Shown here in pieces: positions 52,523 through 63,549 of a stretch of 64,000 nucleotides of DNA. The stretch's first letter is position 1; every line of letters begins with the position of its first letter. A model generated the notes under the pieces. It worked only from the letters and a program-made list of their open reading frames with translations. It was not told the DNA's origin and did not search any database. The stretch is taken from assembly GCA_043228905.1 (NCBI GenBank), contig JBHGNT010000013.1, positions 12,276,001-12,340,000 of the forward strand, read 5' to 3'. The position numbers were made by a program, and so were the translations under genes. The DNA comes from Azolla caroliniana. Its lineage: Eukaryota > Plantae > Polypodiophyta.

Positions 52523-55500
52523 ATGGAGGAGCAAATGAGGCTTATGTGTACGATGATGGAACGAGTGATGCGGGAACAAGGGATTTAGGATACAATAACT
52601 TATTTGGAAGCAATTGAAGAAGACAACGAAATCCAAGTTCCTGTCCATTCAATCAAGATGTATGAGGTCATTGAAGAAGTTGCTCGAAAGGATCATGAAG
52701 CACATGTACTAACAAAATACAAGACAGTGGAGAAGAAGGTTCGTCCTATTGCTGCTCCACTTCCAGGGGATAGTGAAAAGGCAATCAAAGAAGCAGCCAC
52801 AGAGCCAATGATCAGAGACCCACAAAAGGTAGGACATGTGTTTACTCCGGAAACAATACAAGGGATGAAAATAGGAGGGGGTGACTTCCTATTACCCGCT
52901 GAAGAAAAGCAGTTCAGGGAGATGTTAAAAAGGCATGGAAAGGCATTCGCATTCCAACCGGAGGAAATAGGGTGTGTGGATCCAGAAATTGCGGAGCCCA
53001 TGGTTATATTCACTATCCCTCATATTCCATGGAACTTTAAGCCAATACCCATGCCTAGGGCTAGAATCCCTCAACTATTAGAACTTTTGAAAGAAAAGAT
53101 AAGGATGGGTATCTTGGAACCATCGAATGCTCCTTACTCGAGTCGATGGTTCACTGTGTTAAAGAAAGATGGGCGACTCCGATTTATCCAAGATATGCAA
53201 CCCGTGAATAAGGTAACAGTCCGAATCTCGGGAGTAGGGCCAATTGTGGATGAGTTTGCTGAGATGTTTGTAGGAAGAGTTATATATTCAATGGGAGACC
53301 TTTATTCCGGGTATGATCAATTTCAACTTGCTATCAAAAGTCGAGATATAACTTCTATCAAGACACCTATAGGGTTAGTACGGATGTGCACCTTGCCGCA
53401 AGGAGCGACCAACTCAGTGGCGCATATGATGAATGGAATGAACAAGGTACTTCGTGATTTTATTCCTCATATTACAATGCCTTTTCTAGATGATGTTCCA
53501 ATTAAGGGATGCAAGGAGGAAGAGAAGATCGAGGAATTGGACGAAAGTGGTTGCCGTCAATTTGTTGCTGATCATATCAAGGATTGTGAGAAGGTGTTAT
53601 CAAGGATGGAAGAGGTGCATTTGACTTTATCAGGTGTGAAGTCAATATTTGGGGCAAAAGAGATATTAATAGTTGGTCATTTGTGTGGCCCATACGGAAG
53701 AAAGCCATCCCCAACCAAGGTCAATGCAATTCAAAATATGCAAGAGGAATGTACATCCGTCTCAGAAGTATGAAGGTTTCTGGGGGTATGTGTTTTTTAC
53801 TGTAAATGGATTCCGCATTATGCCCATTTATCTGAACCTTTATATAGACTCCTAAGAAAAGGAGAGATATTTGAATGGAGTGAAGAGCATTCAGAGGCAA
53901 TGAAGAAATTGAAGTACTACTTAGCACAAGCTCCACCATTAAAGCAACCTGACTACACCCGACCCATATATCTCACAGTAGACTCTAGTCCCATTGGAAT
54001 TGGATGGGTGATAAGCCAACAAGATGGGGAAGAAAGGTATCCAGTCCGATTCGGAGCAAAGGTTCTTAGTGGTCGACAAAGAAAATATGCACAGGTGAAA
54101 AGAGAGCTATGGGGGTTAGTAACAACAGTAAAGACAGACAGAAATTACTTAATTGGCGCTGAAGTAATAATAGAAACAGATTGTTTGCCTATTCTTGGTA
54201 TCATAGCTAATTGTGATATTCCAGATCAAGCCATGTTAAGATGGTGTATCTATATTAGATCAGTCAACCCTGAAGTTCGACATATCTTTGGGAATAGAAA
54301 TGCAGTAGCAGATATGTTATCAAGAGCAAGGTATGAGGAAGAGGAGATTCCAGACTCAGACGATGAGGACAAAGAACAAACAGTCCTTACCACAAGCATT
54401 ACCCGGGAAGGAGGAATGCAGTTTCTAGAAGAGGAGTATGAAGAAGAATTCAAGGAAATAGGGAAATACCTACAAACCCCTGACAAGTACAAAGGTCAAT
54501 CTGGAAAAGAGTTCGCACAGTTTCGTAAGAAAGCCCATAAGTTCTTCCTGCATGAAGGATATCTATGGCGACATCCGAAAACCAAGACTGGAAACCCGCA
54601 AAGAGTAATAGGTTCCGAAGGGCAAAGAAAGGAGATAATCAGAGAGCTGCATGACAAAGAATGGGCTGGTCATCGAGGAGTGTGGGCCACTTTCAGTAAG
54701 ATTAAAGAACGATTTTGGTGGCCTCGATACTATGAGCAAATAAAAAAGTATGTGGAAACTTGTCCCACTTGTCAATATTATTCAAACGTAAAATTTTGTG
54801 ATGAATTACACCCAACATACTCACCGGGGGTGCATTACAAGTGGATGATAGATTTGGTAACAATGCCACTTGGAGTAGGACAAAAGAGATACTTGGTTCT
54901 TGCTAGAGAAGATCTAACAAATCAAGTGGAAGGTCGTTCATTGCGAACAAAAGGGACATTAGGAGTATGTCAATTCATCTTGGAGGACATTGTTTGTAGA
55001 TATGGATGTATCGGGAAGATAGTGGCAGATAGGGGAGAACTCAATTCTGCGGAAGCTCAAGATTTTTTCGACAAAATAGGAATTCGGCTTTCTTTGACAA
55101 CGACGTACAATCCAGAAGCTAATGGAAAGGTAGAAAGGGGACATGGGCCAATAGTCAAAGCTTTGGCAAAGGCATGTAGAGGACGGGTCAGTGATTGGCC
55201 AAAAACCTTACCCTATGCACTATGGGCTGATAGGACAACTCACAACACTGTTACTGGATATATGCCTGCAGAATTAATCACAGGACAGAAGCCAATAATG
55301 CCAATTGAAGAAAAGATAACTACATGGGCTGTGTTGCCTTGGGAATCAGAAATGAGTAGGGAAGATTTACTTGCGGTTCGAATACGACAACTTCAATCAA
55401 GGACAGAAGACATAGAAAAAGCAGCTACTAGATTGAAAGAGGCAAGAATCAAGAATAAGGACAGATTTGACAAGATGAAAAGAATACGACCAAGAAAGGT

Positions 55501-55816
55501 GCAAGAGGGAGATTGGGTATTAGTATATGATAATAGCCTAGATAATCAATACAGTACTATTCGGAAGTTTGCAAAAATATGGTTTGGACCTTATGAAGTT
55601 AGGAAAATAACAGATAAAGCCACATATTTCCTCAATGAATTAGATGGGACAGAAATTCTTATCCCAATTGCAAGAAAAAGGATTAAAATATTTAAAAGGA
55701 GGGAGTCATTAGAGCCTGAATTTTATGAAGAAGTAGAAGAACTAAAAGAATCGGAAGAAGTGTTGGATGAACTTTGCACAACCAATGTGCAAGTTCAAAG
55801 GGGGTGGGTGTCGTGA
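52523..55816 (+). pseudogene. pol: Element 2 RT-RH-IN reading frame with its own ATG; two in-frame stops (52586-52588 TAG, 53771-53773 TGA)
   Basis: Single frame from ATG 52523 through PFLDD, VDSSPIGIG and the IN core; the TGA replaces a conserved Arg (SEV*RFLG). Confidence 0.88.
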
Positions 55817-58800
55817 AGAATGTGCTTCATGATATAAAAATGAGCTTAAATGTTGTATTTAATAATATTTGAGAGACTTGAACCCACATCCTTATATACG
55901 ATGTACAATGTACATACCACTAGGCTAGGCTATTTATTTGTAAAAGTGTGTAATAAATGTGCTTCATGATATAAGAATGAAGCTATATATTGTATTAAGT
56001 AAAATTGAGGGACTTGAACCCTCAACCTTGTATACCAAGCACCAAGCATACACCACTAAGCTAGGTTAGTTATTTTAGAATGCATTTTCATCATTATACT
56101 TATCCCATATCTATTTTCATACATAGCCATCATTCATCACATGCAATGCATGTGCGCCAAATGGCGATCATGCATTACATGTAACTCATGCATGCCATGC
56201 TCCCATACATTACCATATGCATGGCAACACTTATATAAAGGGGGGGAAGGGAAAACAAGGGAGGGAATCAAGAGAGAGTGAGAAAATAATACAATTAACT
56301 AAAGAAGACTAGCTCGTTGGGTGGAGAACCTCTCGTTTCGAAGTTGAGGTCGTGGGTTCAAATCAAGGGTCGGTAGAGAATGTGTTCAATTTGCGATCAA
56401 GGATTGTAAAGTTGGTAAAATATTGTCTTTCTAATATACATCATGTTTATATCAAATACTCTTGCTTCTTGATTCATACTTTGTCTCAATCTTCCTTATT
56501 AAATCATATTTTGTCTCTATCTTGCTTCTTGAATCATATATTGTCTCTATCTTCTATCTATTCTCATCTCTCTCACACACACACATTACTCGTAACTCTT
56601 CTTCTTGCTACTCTTAACCTTTCTAACATCACCATACAAGCCTTATTAAAATTTAAGTTCCTTCAACTCCCCTTAACCTTCGTCCCTGCGACTTCGCCAC
56701 ACGAACCACAACTACCCCGACAACGCGTCCAGCTTGTCGGTTGTCAACACCTTGGTCAGCATATCCGACCCGTTCTCCTCTATGTGGATCTTCGTCAGGA
56801 CAAACTCTTGATCTTCTACTCTCTCCTAGATCCAGTGGTACCTCCGTTGGATATGTTTCGTCCGGGAATGGTAGGCTGCATAATTCGCAAGGTGGATGGC
56901 ATTTTGACCGTCGCAGTAGAGCCGATATTCCTCATGTTGAATCCCTAGCTCTCAGATGAAGTCCTTCATCCAGATTATCTCCTTATCGGCTTCTACAGCT
57001 GCCATGTACTCCGCTTCCGTTGTCGATAGTGCAACAGACTTCTGCAGCCTCGATTGCCATTATATAGCTCCCCCTACATAAGTCACGACAAATCCGAATG
57101 TAGACCGACTGGTATCTGCATCAACCGACATATCCAAATCAATGAATGCGTCAAATTGGGGATTACCGAAGTTGAACCAGAGGCACATACTCGAGGTGTC
57201 TTTCAGATACCGGAGTATCCAGTGCTCTCTTCTGGGATTGCTCATGAACCGGCTCACCACTCTTATTGCATATCCGATATACAATTGGGTACATACCATT
57301 GCGTACATCAAGCTCCCGACGACATAGGCATATGGTATCTTCATCATATCCGTCTTCTCCACCTTTGTTCTTGGGCTTTGTTTCCAAGAAGTTTTGGGCT
57401 GAGGCACTCTCGACGGCGACATATGTGATAAACAGATCACCCTCAATACCCTTGGACGAAGACACGCCACAGAGAGTCTGGACCGGTAAGGAAGTGTCCC
57501 ACTGGCATCTGAAGGTTTTCGAGTGTCTTGCGTATGTGCATGTAGCTAAGGACCGGAGAGGAAAACTAGATCCAAAGACCCGGCCATGCATATTCCTCGG
57601 TTACGGCGACGATGAGTTCGGCTACCGAGTGTGGGACCTGATCGACAAGAAGGTATTCCGGAGTCCAGATATTATCTTCATGGAGGACAAGACGCTCACT
57701 AACTGGGAGTCGGAGAAGAAGATAATGAACTCCGAGTCGACTAGTAAGGATCGATTCTACGATGAGCAGACCCAACCGGCAAGAGACCCGTTAGCACTCG
57801 AGGAACCAGCCGGTTACGGTGAGGATACCGAACCGGCAGAAGAAGAAGTAGAGGAAGCTGAAACCGGAACCGGCCAAGACCCCGAATCGGATTCGGATGA
57901 AGAGCAAATGGAGGAGCCGGTTACCGAAGCCCAAAGACGGAGATATCTTCTCATAGAGAGAAGGGCCCCCCGAAGATTTCCGGATTCAGAGCATGTGCTG
58001 CTGACCGATGAGGGAGAGCCGGAAAGCTTCGAAGAAGCGAAGGATGACACCCACAACCACAAATGGTTAAGTGCCATGCAGGATGAGATGGATTCCCTGC
58101 ATGAGAACCATACGTACAAATTGGTGGAGTTGCTGAAAGGAAAGCGGGCACTCCGAAACAAGTGGGTGTACAAGTTGAAATCGGGAGATGCTGGCAACCC
58201 CCCGAGATACAAAGCCAGGATCGTGGTGAAGGGGTTCCAGCAAAAGAAGGGCGTGGACTTCGACGAGATATTTGCCCCAGTAGTAAAGATGACCTCCATT
58301 CGGACGGTGCTGAGTATAGCGGCAAGCATGGACCTCGAGGTAGAGTAGCTAGACGTTAAGACGACATTCCTTCACGGTGACCTCGAAGAGGAGATCTACA
58401 TGCAGCAACCGGAAGGATTCGTGGAGAAAGGGAAGGAGCACCTGGTATGCTAGTTGAAGAAGAGCCTGTACGGACTGAAGCAGGTTCCCCGACAATGGTA
58501 CCGGAAGTTCGACTCCTTCATGACCGATCAAGGGTACCACAAGACGCAAGCCGATCACTGCGTGTTTGTGAAGAAGTTCGAAGGAGGCGACTTCCTGATA
58601 CTCCTTCTGTACGTGGACGACATGTTGATCGTCAGACGGGACCAAGCCAAAATACGGATGCTGAAGAAGGCTCTAAACCGGACCTTCTCAATGAAAGACT
58701 TGGGTCCGACAAGACAGATGTTGGGGATGCATATCATCCGGAACCGGCCAACGAAGCAACTGTGGCTGTCACAAGAGAAGTACGTGACAAATGTGCTTCA

Positions 58801-59937
58801 ACGGTGTTGTGCCTTTCGGCTCCGGATCGTTGCGTGAGTCGGGTGGGAACCGCTGGGGTCTTGGACTAGGAGAAAGAAGTTCGTGAGATAGAGATTAATT
58901 ATGAGTAAATAGCAAAGAGAAAGATAAGAAACTCGTGAATCACACGAGTATACTATATTAATTGGTACTTAGGGTGTTAAGAGAGAAGTAGACGTATAAA
59001 TCGTGAATCCCACGAATAATTTTTGTATTGATTAATCCTTAATCCAAATAATCAACAACTCTTTACATATTTCTCTCCTCCTTATATAAGGAAGGAAGAG
59101 CTAAGCATGGCTTCATGCTTTTTTTTTTACAAAAAGTGTTCATGTCCACTAAATGTGCATGTGATGCTTTTTTATTTCCTAAGTATAGGGCTCATGCACG
59201 CTAGATGTGCATGAGTTATTTTTAGTGTCTCGTGTTTTTTCTTTTTCATATATTAAAGAATACACGATTTACCTTTTAATAAAGGTATGCATAAATAAAG
59301 GTCTTATATATATTAAATCTATATTTAAAGCACTTAAGATAAGTTAATGTAATGGTAAGGTTGGGGTTTGTCAACGTGGAGGTGCAGAGTTTGAATCACG
59401 CCTTGCGCAGTAGTGAGTATTTCCTTTCTTTTTACATTTATGTCTCTTTATCCGGCTCTTCCTTGCCGGTATGCCGTTTTCTTCCTTGCCGGTATGCCGT
59501 TTTCCTCCTTGCCGTATGCCGTTTTCTTCCGGTTCTCCCCGAGCACTCCATTCTCTATCCGGAGGGACAAAAATATAATTTCCACATAGTGTGCAACCTA
59601 CACTACGACAACGCAAGACGAGGTACGACGACAAGCCCAATCCTGGGTGGAAAAAGCAAACGTGACCAATACGGGAACGTATGCGGCAGGAGTCCGGGAA
59701 CACAATGGAGCAAACAGAGAACAAAAGACTGGGGCCGGACCCTATTTGGCAGGTGTTAGCAGGCTGTGAAATCACATTAACCATGGAAAAACTGCTACAG
59801 CTAATTCCACGTTTCCGCCAGACCATAGAAGCACAGGTGGTAGACATACCTAGGGCGAGCGTTTTCTTCCGGTTCTCCCCGAGCACTCCATTCTCTATCC
59901 GGAGGGACAAAAATATAATTTTCACATAGTGTGCAAC

Positions 59938-62900
59938 CTACACTACGACACTCGCCCCCTCCAAACCCGCACATCCTCCGGTATGTGCCGAAGTTCTTGA
60001 TTCTTCGTATCCGTCTTCATCCGAAGCTTCCTCCGATTCTCCCCTTATGTCGACTATGAGTTGTAATCCACTTTCTTCGCTTCCCGCATCATTGTGGTCT
60101 TCGTCCGATTGCTCCTCGTTGTCGGCCTCGACTTGGATCACATAAGGTTTGTCGTCGGTCCGCTTCTTGAAAATCTTCACCCGCTTCCCGGCTATAGGCA
60201 CTCGTAGTATTGTTCCATCCAACTCGGACAGTCGGTACGTCCCGTTGTCGAAGACCTTCCGAACCTCGTACGGCCCGAACCACCTTTTCGCGAATTTCCG
60301 CATCGTTGTATGTTGATGGTCCAAGCTACTATCATAGACGATCACCCAATCTCCTTCTTCAATCCTCCTCGGTCGTAGTCGATGCTTTGTGTCGAACCGG
60401 CTTTTGTTCCGGAACCGTGCTTCGTGTTGTCGGCGTGACGCTTCCGCTACATCTTTCGGTCTTCCCTCCAGTTGTCGTATCCGGACCGCTAGTAGTTCTT
60501 CCCGGCTCATCTCTTCCTTCCACGGTAGTATTGTCCATGTCGCGATTGCGGTTTCCGTTGGCATTACCGGTGCTTGTCCGGTCATGAGTTCTGCCGGCAT
60601 GTAACCGGTCACGGAGCTATGCGTCGTCCGATCCGCCCATAGTGCATACGGAAGCATTTGTGGCCAATCCTTCACCCTTCCGTCGCATGCCTTCGCAAGT
60701 GCTTTCACGATCGGACTATGTCCTCGTTCGATCTTCCCGTTGGCCTCCGGATTGTAGGCCGTTGTCAACGTTAACCGAACTCCATGTTTGGCGAAGAATC
60801 CCCTAGCTTTGTCCGAGTCGAGTTCTCCCCGGTCCGCAATCACTTGTCCTACGCAGCCGTACCTACAAAACACTTCTTCCAAAAGAAATTGGCACACCAC
60901 GGCACACGTTTTCCTCCGAAGCGCTCGACCTTCAACTTGGTTTGTGAGATCTTCTCGAGCTAACACCAAGTATTTCTTTTGTCCAATCCCGGTCGGCATA
61001 GCTACAATGTCGACCATCCACTTGAAGTTGATTGTCGGTGAGAATGTCGGATGTAGCTCATCTCGGTGTCGGACCCCGGAGTAGACTTGACATTTCTCGC
61101 AGCTTTCTGTGAACTCCGCGACATCTTTATACATGTTCTTCCACCAATATCTTTGCTTGATTTTCACAAAAGTTGCCCATGTTCCTCGATGTCCAGCCCA
61201 ATCGGATTCGTGGAACTCAGACATTATCCGGTTTCGTTGCTCTTTCGTCCCGACTACTCGAAGTGGTATCCCATCCGGTCTTTTCGGCGTCCTCCATATT
61301 AAACCGTTTTCCAAGAAGAACTTTTGGACTTGCCTCTTCTTCCTTCGGATCTCGGCTCTCCTTTCTTTATCATTGGTTGAATCCTCGACCTCTTGTAGCA
61401 TCTTCCCGATCATCAAGGTTTCCCCCTCGTATTCTTCTTCCCGGAATTCTCGGATCACGTTCACTCGGCATATGTGTTCTGACGTGAAGTAGTCTTCGGA
61501 AACTTCTTCATTATCTGATTCGGTTATGTCGTCTTCAAACCGCGCCCTCGATAACATGTCCGCTACCGCGTTGTCCTTCCCCGAGATGTGTCGAACCTCC
61601 GGATTAAGTGACTTGACATATGCAATCCACCTTAGCATAGCCACATCCGGTATCGTACAACACCGCATCATCCCGAGTATCGGAAGACAATCCGTCTCGA
61701 TCACCACTTCAGCTCCGATCAAATAATCCCGATCCGATTTTATCGCCGACACGACTCCCCACAATTCTCTTTTGACTTGTGCATATCCGCGTTGCCTTTC
61801 GTTGAGGACCTTTGCTCCAAATCGGATCGGATACCGCGAACCATCCGAGTCGGCTTGATTGATGACCCACCCGATACCGGTTGGACTTGTATCAACCGTT
61901 ACTATGATTGGCCGCTCGTAGCTTGGCTTCTTAAGTGATTCCGCCCTCCATAGTGTCTTCTTGAGCTTCCTCATGGCTTTAGTGTGTTCCGGTTTCCACT
62001 CGAATTTCTTACCTTTCCGCAACAAGTGATAGAGCGGGTCCGCTATATGTGCATAGTGCGGAATCCATATGTGATAGAATGCACATGCACCCAGAAACCT
62101 TCGGACTTCCGATGTTGACTCACATACTTCCTTCATAGCTTGAATCGCATCGATCTTTGTTGGTGACGGTCTTCGGCCGTAGGGTCCACATAGATGTCCG
62201 ACCACCAATATTTCTTCTTGCCCGAATGCCGATTTCTCCCCGGAAAGTGTTAGGTGCACATCTTCTAGCTTTCGCAACACTTTCTCGCAATCATGAATAT
62301 GGTCGACCACGAACTTTCGGCATCCCCGATCATCCATAGTCTCATCTTTTTCTTCCACCGCGCATCCTTTCATCGGAATGTCATCTAGAAACGGCATCGT
62401 TATCTCCGGGATGCAATCTCGAAGCACCTTGTTCATCGCGTTCATCATATGTGCAACCGAGTTTGTCGCTCCTTGTGGTAGTGTGCACATTCGAACTAGT
62501 CCTATCGGTGTCCGCATGGTAGTGATGTCTCGGCTCTCCACGGCTAGTTGGAATTGGTCATACCCCGAGTATAGGTCCCCGATGGAGTATATCGCACGTC
62601 CGGCAAAAGCTTCCGCGAATTCGTCCACTATCGGACCGACTCCCGAGTTCCGGATCGTGACCTTGTTCACCGGTTGCAAGTCTTGGATGAATCGGAGTGA
62701 CCCATTCTTCTTCGGAACCGTAAACCATCGATTTGAGTACGGAGCACTCGATGGCTCTAGAATCCCCATCGCCACCTTCTCTTTGAGTAAGTCGATGACT
62801 TTCGGAATATGCGCCCGTGGCACCGGAATCGGCTTCAGGTTCCACGGTACATGATCAATCGTGAAAATCACCATCGGCTCCACTATCTTTGGATCAATGC

Positions 62901-63543
62901 ATCCGATCTCCCTCGATGTGAACGCGAATGCTTTGCCATGTTGCTCCAACATCTCTCGAAACCGTTTTTCTTCTTCTTGTAAGAGGAACCCACCTCCACC
63001 GATCCGAAGTTTCTTCCGGGTCTCATCTGTGAAGGCATGTCCGATATCCACGGACTTCCGAAGTGTCGGATCTCCCGAGACTTCTTTCTTCTTTTGTTCG
63101 CTATCAGCGGGTAGTGGTCCCGCGGCCGGTTTCACCTTCTTCTCCACGGTCTTGTATTTCGTACTTACCATTGCTTCTTCTTTGCGGAGCGCATCCGGCC
63201 CCATTTTCGCAACGATCTCGTACATCTCGACCGATTCCACCGGGACTACCCGGTTCCCTTGGCTTTTATCTTCCGCAAGCTCTTCAAGCCGTTGTAGTGT
63301 ATTCCCATAGAACACTTCCTCGATCACTCCCACGATTTCTTCGTCTTCTTTTATTATTGATGCCGACCGTAACTTATCCTCCACTTGTCGGTATTGTTTC
63401 TTCATTCCTCCGGTTACGGCCGTGTACGTAGATGCCCCATCCGGGCCGATTCGTACTTGTTTTGCTCCGAGAGTTTTCTTCCTGTGTGGGGTATCAGGGC
63501 TTCTCGGACTATCACTTCCCCACTCCGCAACAGTCCGCTTTAA
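59938..63543 (-). CDS. pol: Element 3 RT-RNaseH-integrase ORF (-1 frame to gag-PR)
   Basis: 1155-aa ORF extendable without stops to the slippery site; PFLDD, VDTSPTGIG, IN core. Confidence 0.93.
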   Translation of the reverse strand, partial: LKRTVAEWGSDSPRSPDTPHRKKTLGAKQVRIGPDGASTYTAVTGGMKKQYRQVEDKLRSASIIKEDEEIVGVIEEVFYGNTLQRLEELAEDKSQGNRVVPVESVEMYEIVAKMGPDALRKEEAMVSTKYKTVEKKVKPAAGPLPADSEQKKKEVSGDPTLRKSVDIGHAFTDETRKKLRIGGGGFLLQEEEKRFREMLEQHGKAFAFTSREIGCIDPKIVEPMVIFTIDHVPWNLKPIPVPRAHIPKVIDLLKEKVAMGILEPSSAPYSNRWFTVPKKNGSLRFIQDLQPVNKVTIRNSGVGPIVDEFAEAFAGRAIYSIGDLYSGYDQFQLAVESRDITTMRTPIGLVRMCTLPQGATNSVAHMMNAMNKVLRDCIPEITMPFLDDIPMKGCAVEEKDETMDDRGCRKFVVDHIHDCEKVLRKLEDVHLTLSGEKSAFGQEEILVVGHLCGPYGRRPSPTKIDAIQAMKEVCESTSEVRRFLGACAFYHIWIPHYAHIADPLYHLLRKGKKFEWKPEHTKAMRKLKKTLWRAESLKKPSYERPIIVTVDTSPTGIGWVINQADSDGSRYPIRFGAKVLNERQRGYAQVKRELWGVVSAIKSDRDYLIGAEVVIETDCLPILGMMRCCTIPDVAMLRWIAYVKSLNPEVRHISGKDNAVADMLSRARFEDDITESDNEEVSEDYFTSEHICRVNVIREFREEEYEGETLMIGKMLQEVEDSTNDKERRAEIRRKKRQVQKFFLENGLIWRTPKRPDGIPLRVVGTKEQRNRIMSEFHESDWAGHRGTWATFVKIKQRYWWKNMYKDVAEFTESCEKCQVYSGVRHRDELHPTFSPTINFKWMVDIVAMPTGIGQKKYLVLAREDLTNQVEGRALRRKTCAVVCQFLLEEVFCRYGCVGQVIADRGELDSDKARGFFAKHGVRLTLTTAYNPEANGKIERGHSPIVKALAKACDGRVKDWPQMLPYALWADRTTHSSVTGYMPAELMTGQAPVMPTETAIATWTILPWKEEMSREELLAVRIRQLEGRPKDVAEASRRQHEARFRNKSRFDTKHRLRPRRIEEGDWVIVYDSSLDHQHTTMRKFAKRWFGPYEVRKVFDNGTYRLSELDGTILRVPIAGKRVKIFKKRTDDKPYVIQVEADNEEQSDEDHNDAGSEESGLQLIVDIRGESEEASDEDGYEESRTSAHTGGCAGLEGASVVV

Positions 63544-63549
63544 AAATCC
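63486..63549 (-). promoter_or_regulatory. Putative -1 frameshift signal (G GAU UUU, 5-nt spacer, pseudoknot)
   Basis: Slippery site 63549-63543; 11-bp stem CGGACUGUUGC/GUGAUAGUCCG; loop GUGGGG pairs with CCCCAC at 63491-63486. Confidence 0.78.

Larger units (their letters stand above)
51570..56722 (+). mobile_element. Element 2: young pol-only Ty3/Gypsy element (no Gag/PR). 914-bp LTRs 51570-52483 and 55809-56722, TSD ACGC, tRNA-Trp PBS 52488-52505
   Basis: LTRs differ at about 3 sites; ACGC at 51566-51569 and 56723-56726; PPT AAAGGGGGTGGG. Confidence 0.97.
50971..58804. mobile_element. Tnt1-like Copia remnant. 3' LTR approx 50971-51511 and RT C-term/RNase H on - (51512-51569, 56723-57390); IN-RT on + (57385-58804); interrupted by elements 2 and 3
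   Basis: PPT GAAGGGGGAGAT|TGTTGGG; ENGSDMLTK and KIPYAYVVGSLMYAM (-); FWAEALSTATYVINRSPS, YKARIVVKGFQQ and LLYVDD (+); stops present. Confidence 0.85.

Noticed and set aside
52580-52590. GGGATTTAG as a frameshift/readthrough signal in element 2
   Set aside because: Downstream pol is in the same frame, the -1 frame closes quickly and no pseudoknot follows; a point nonsense mutation is simpler.
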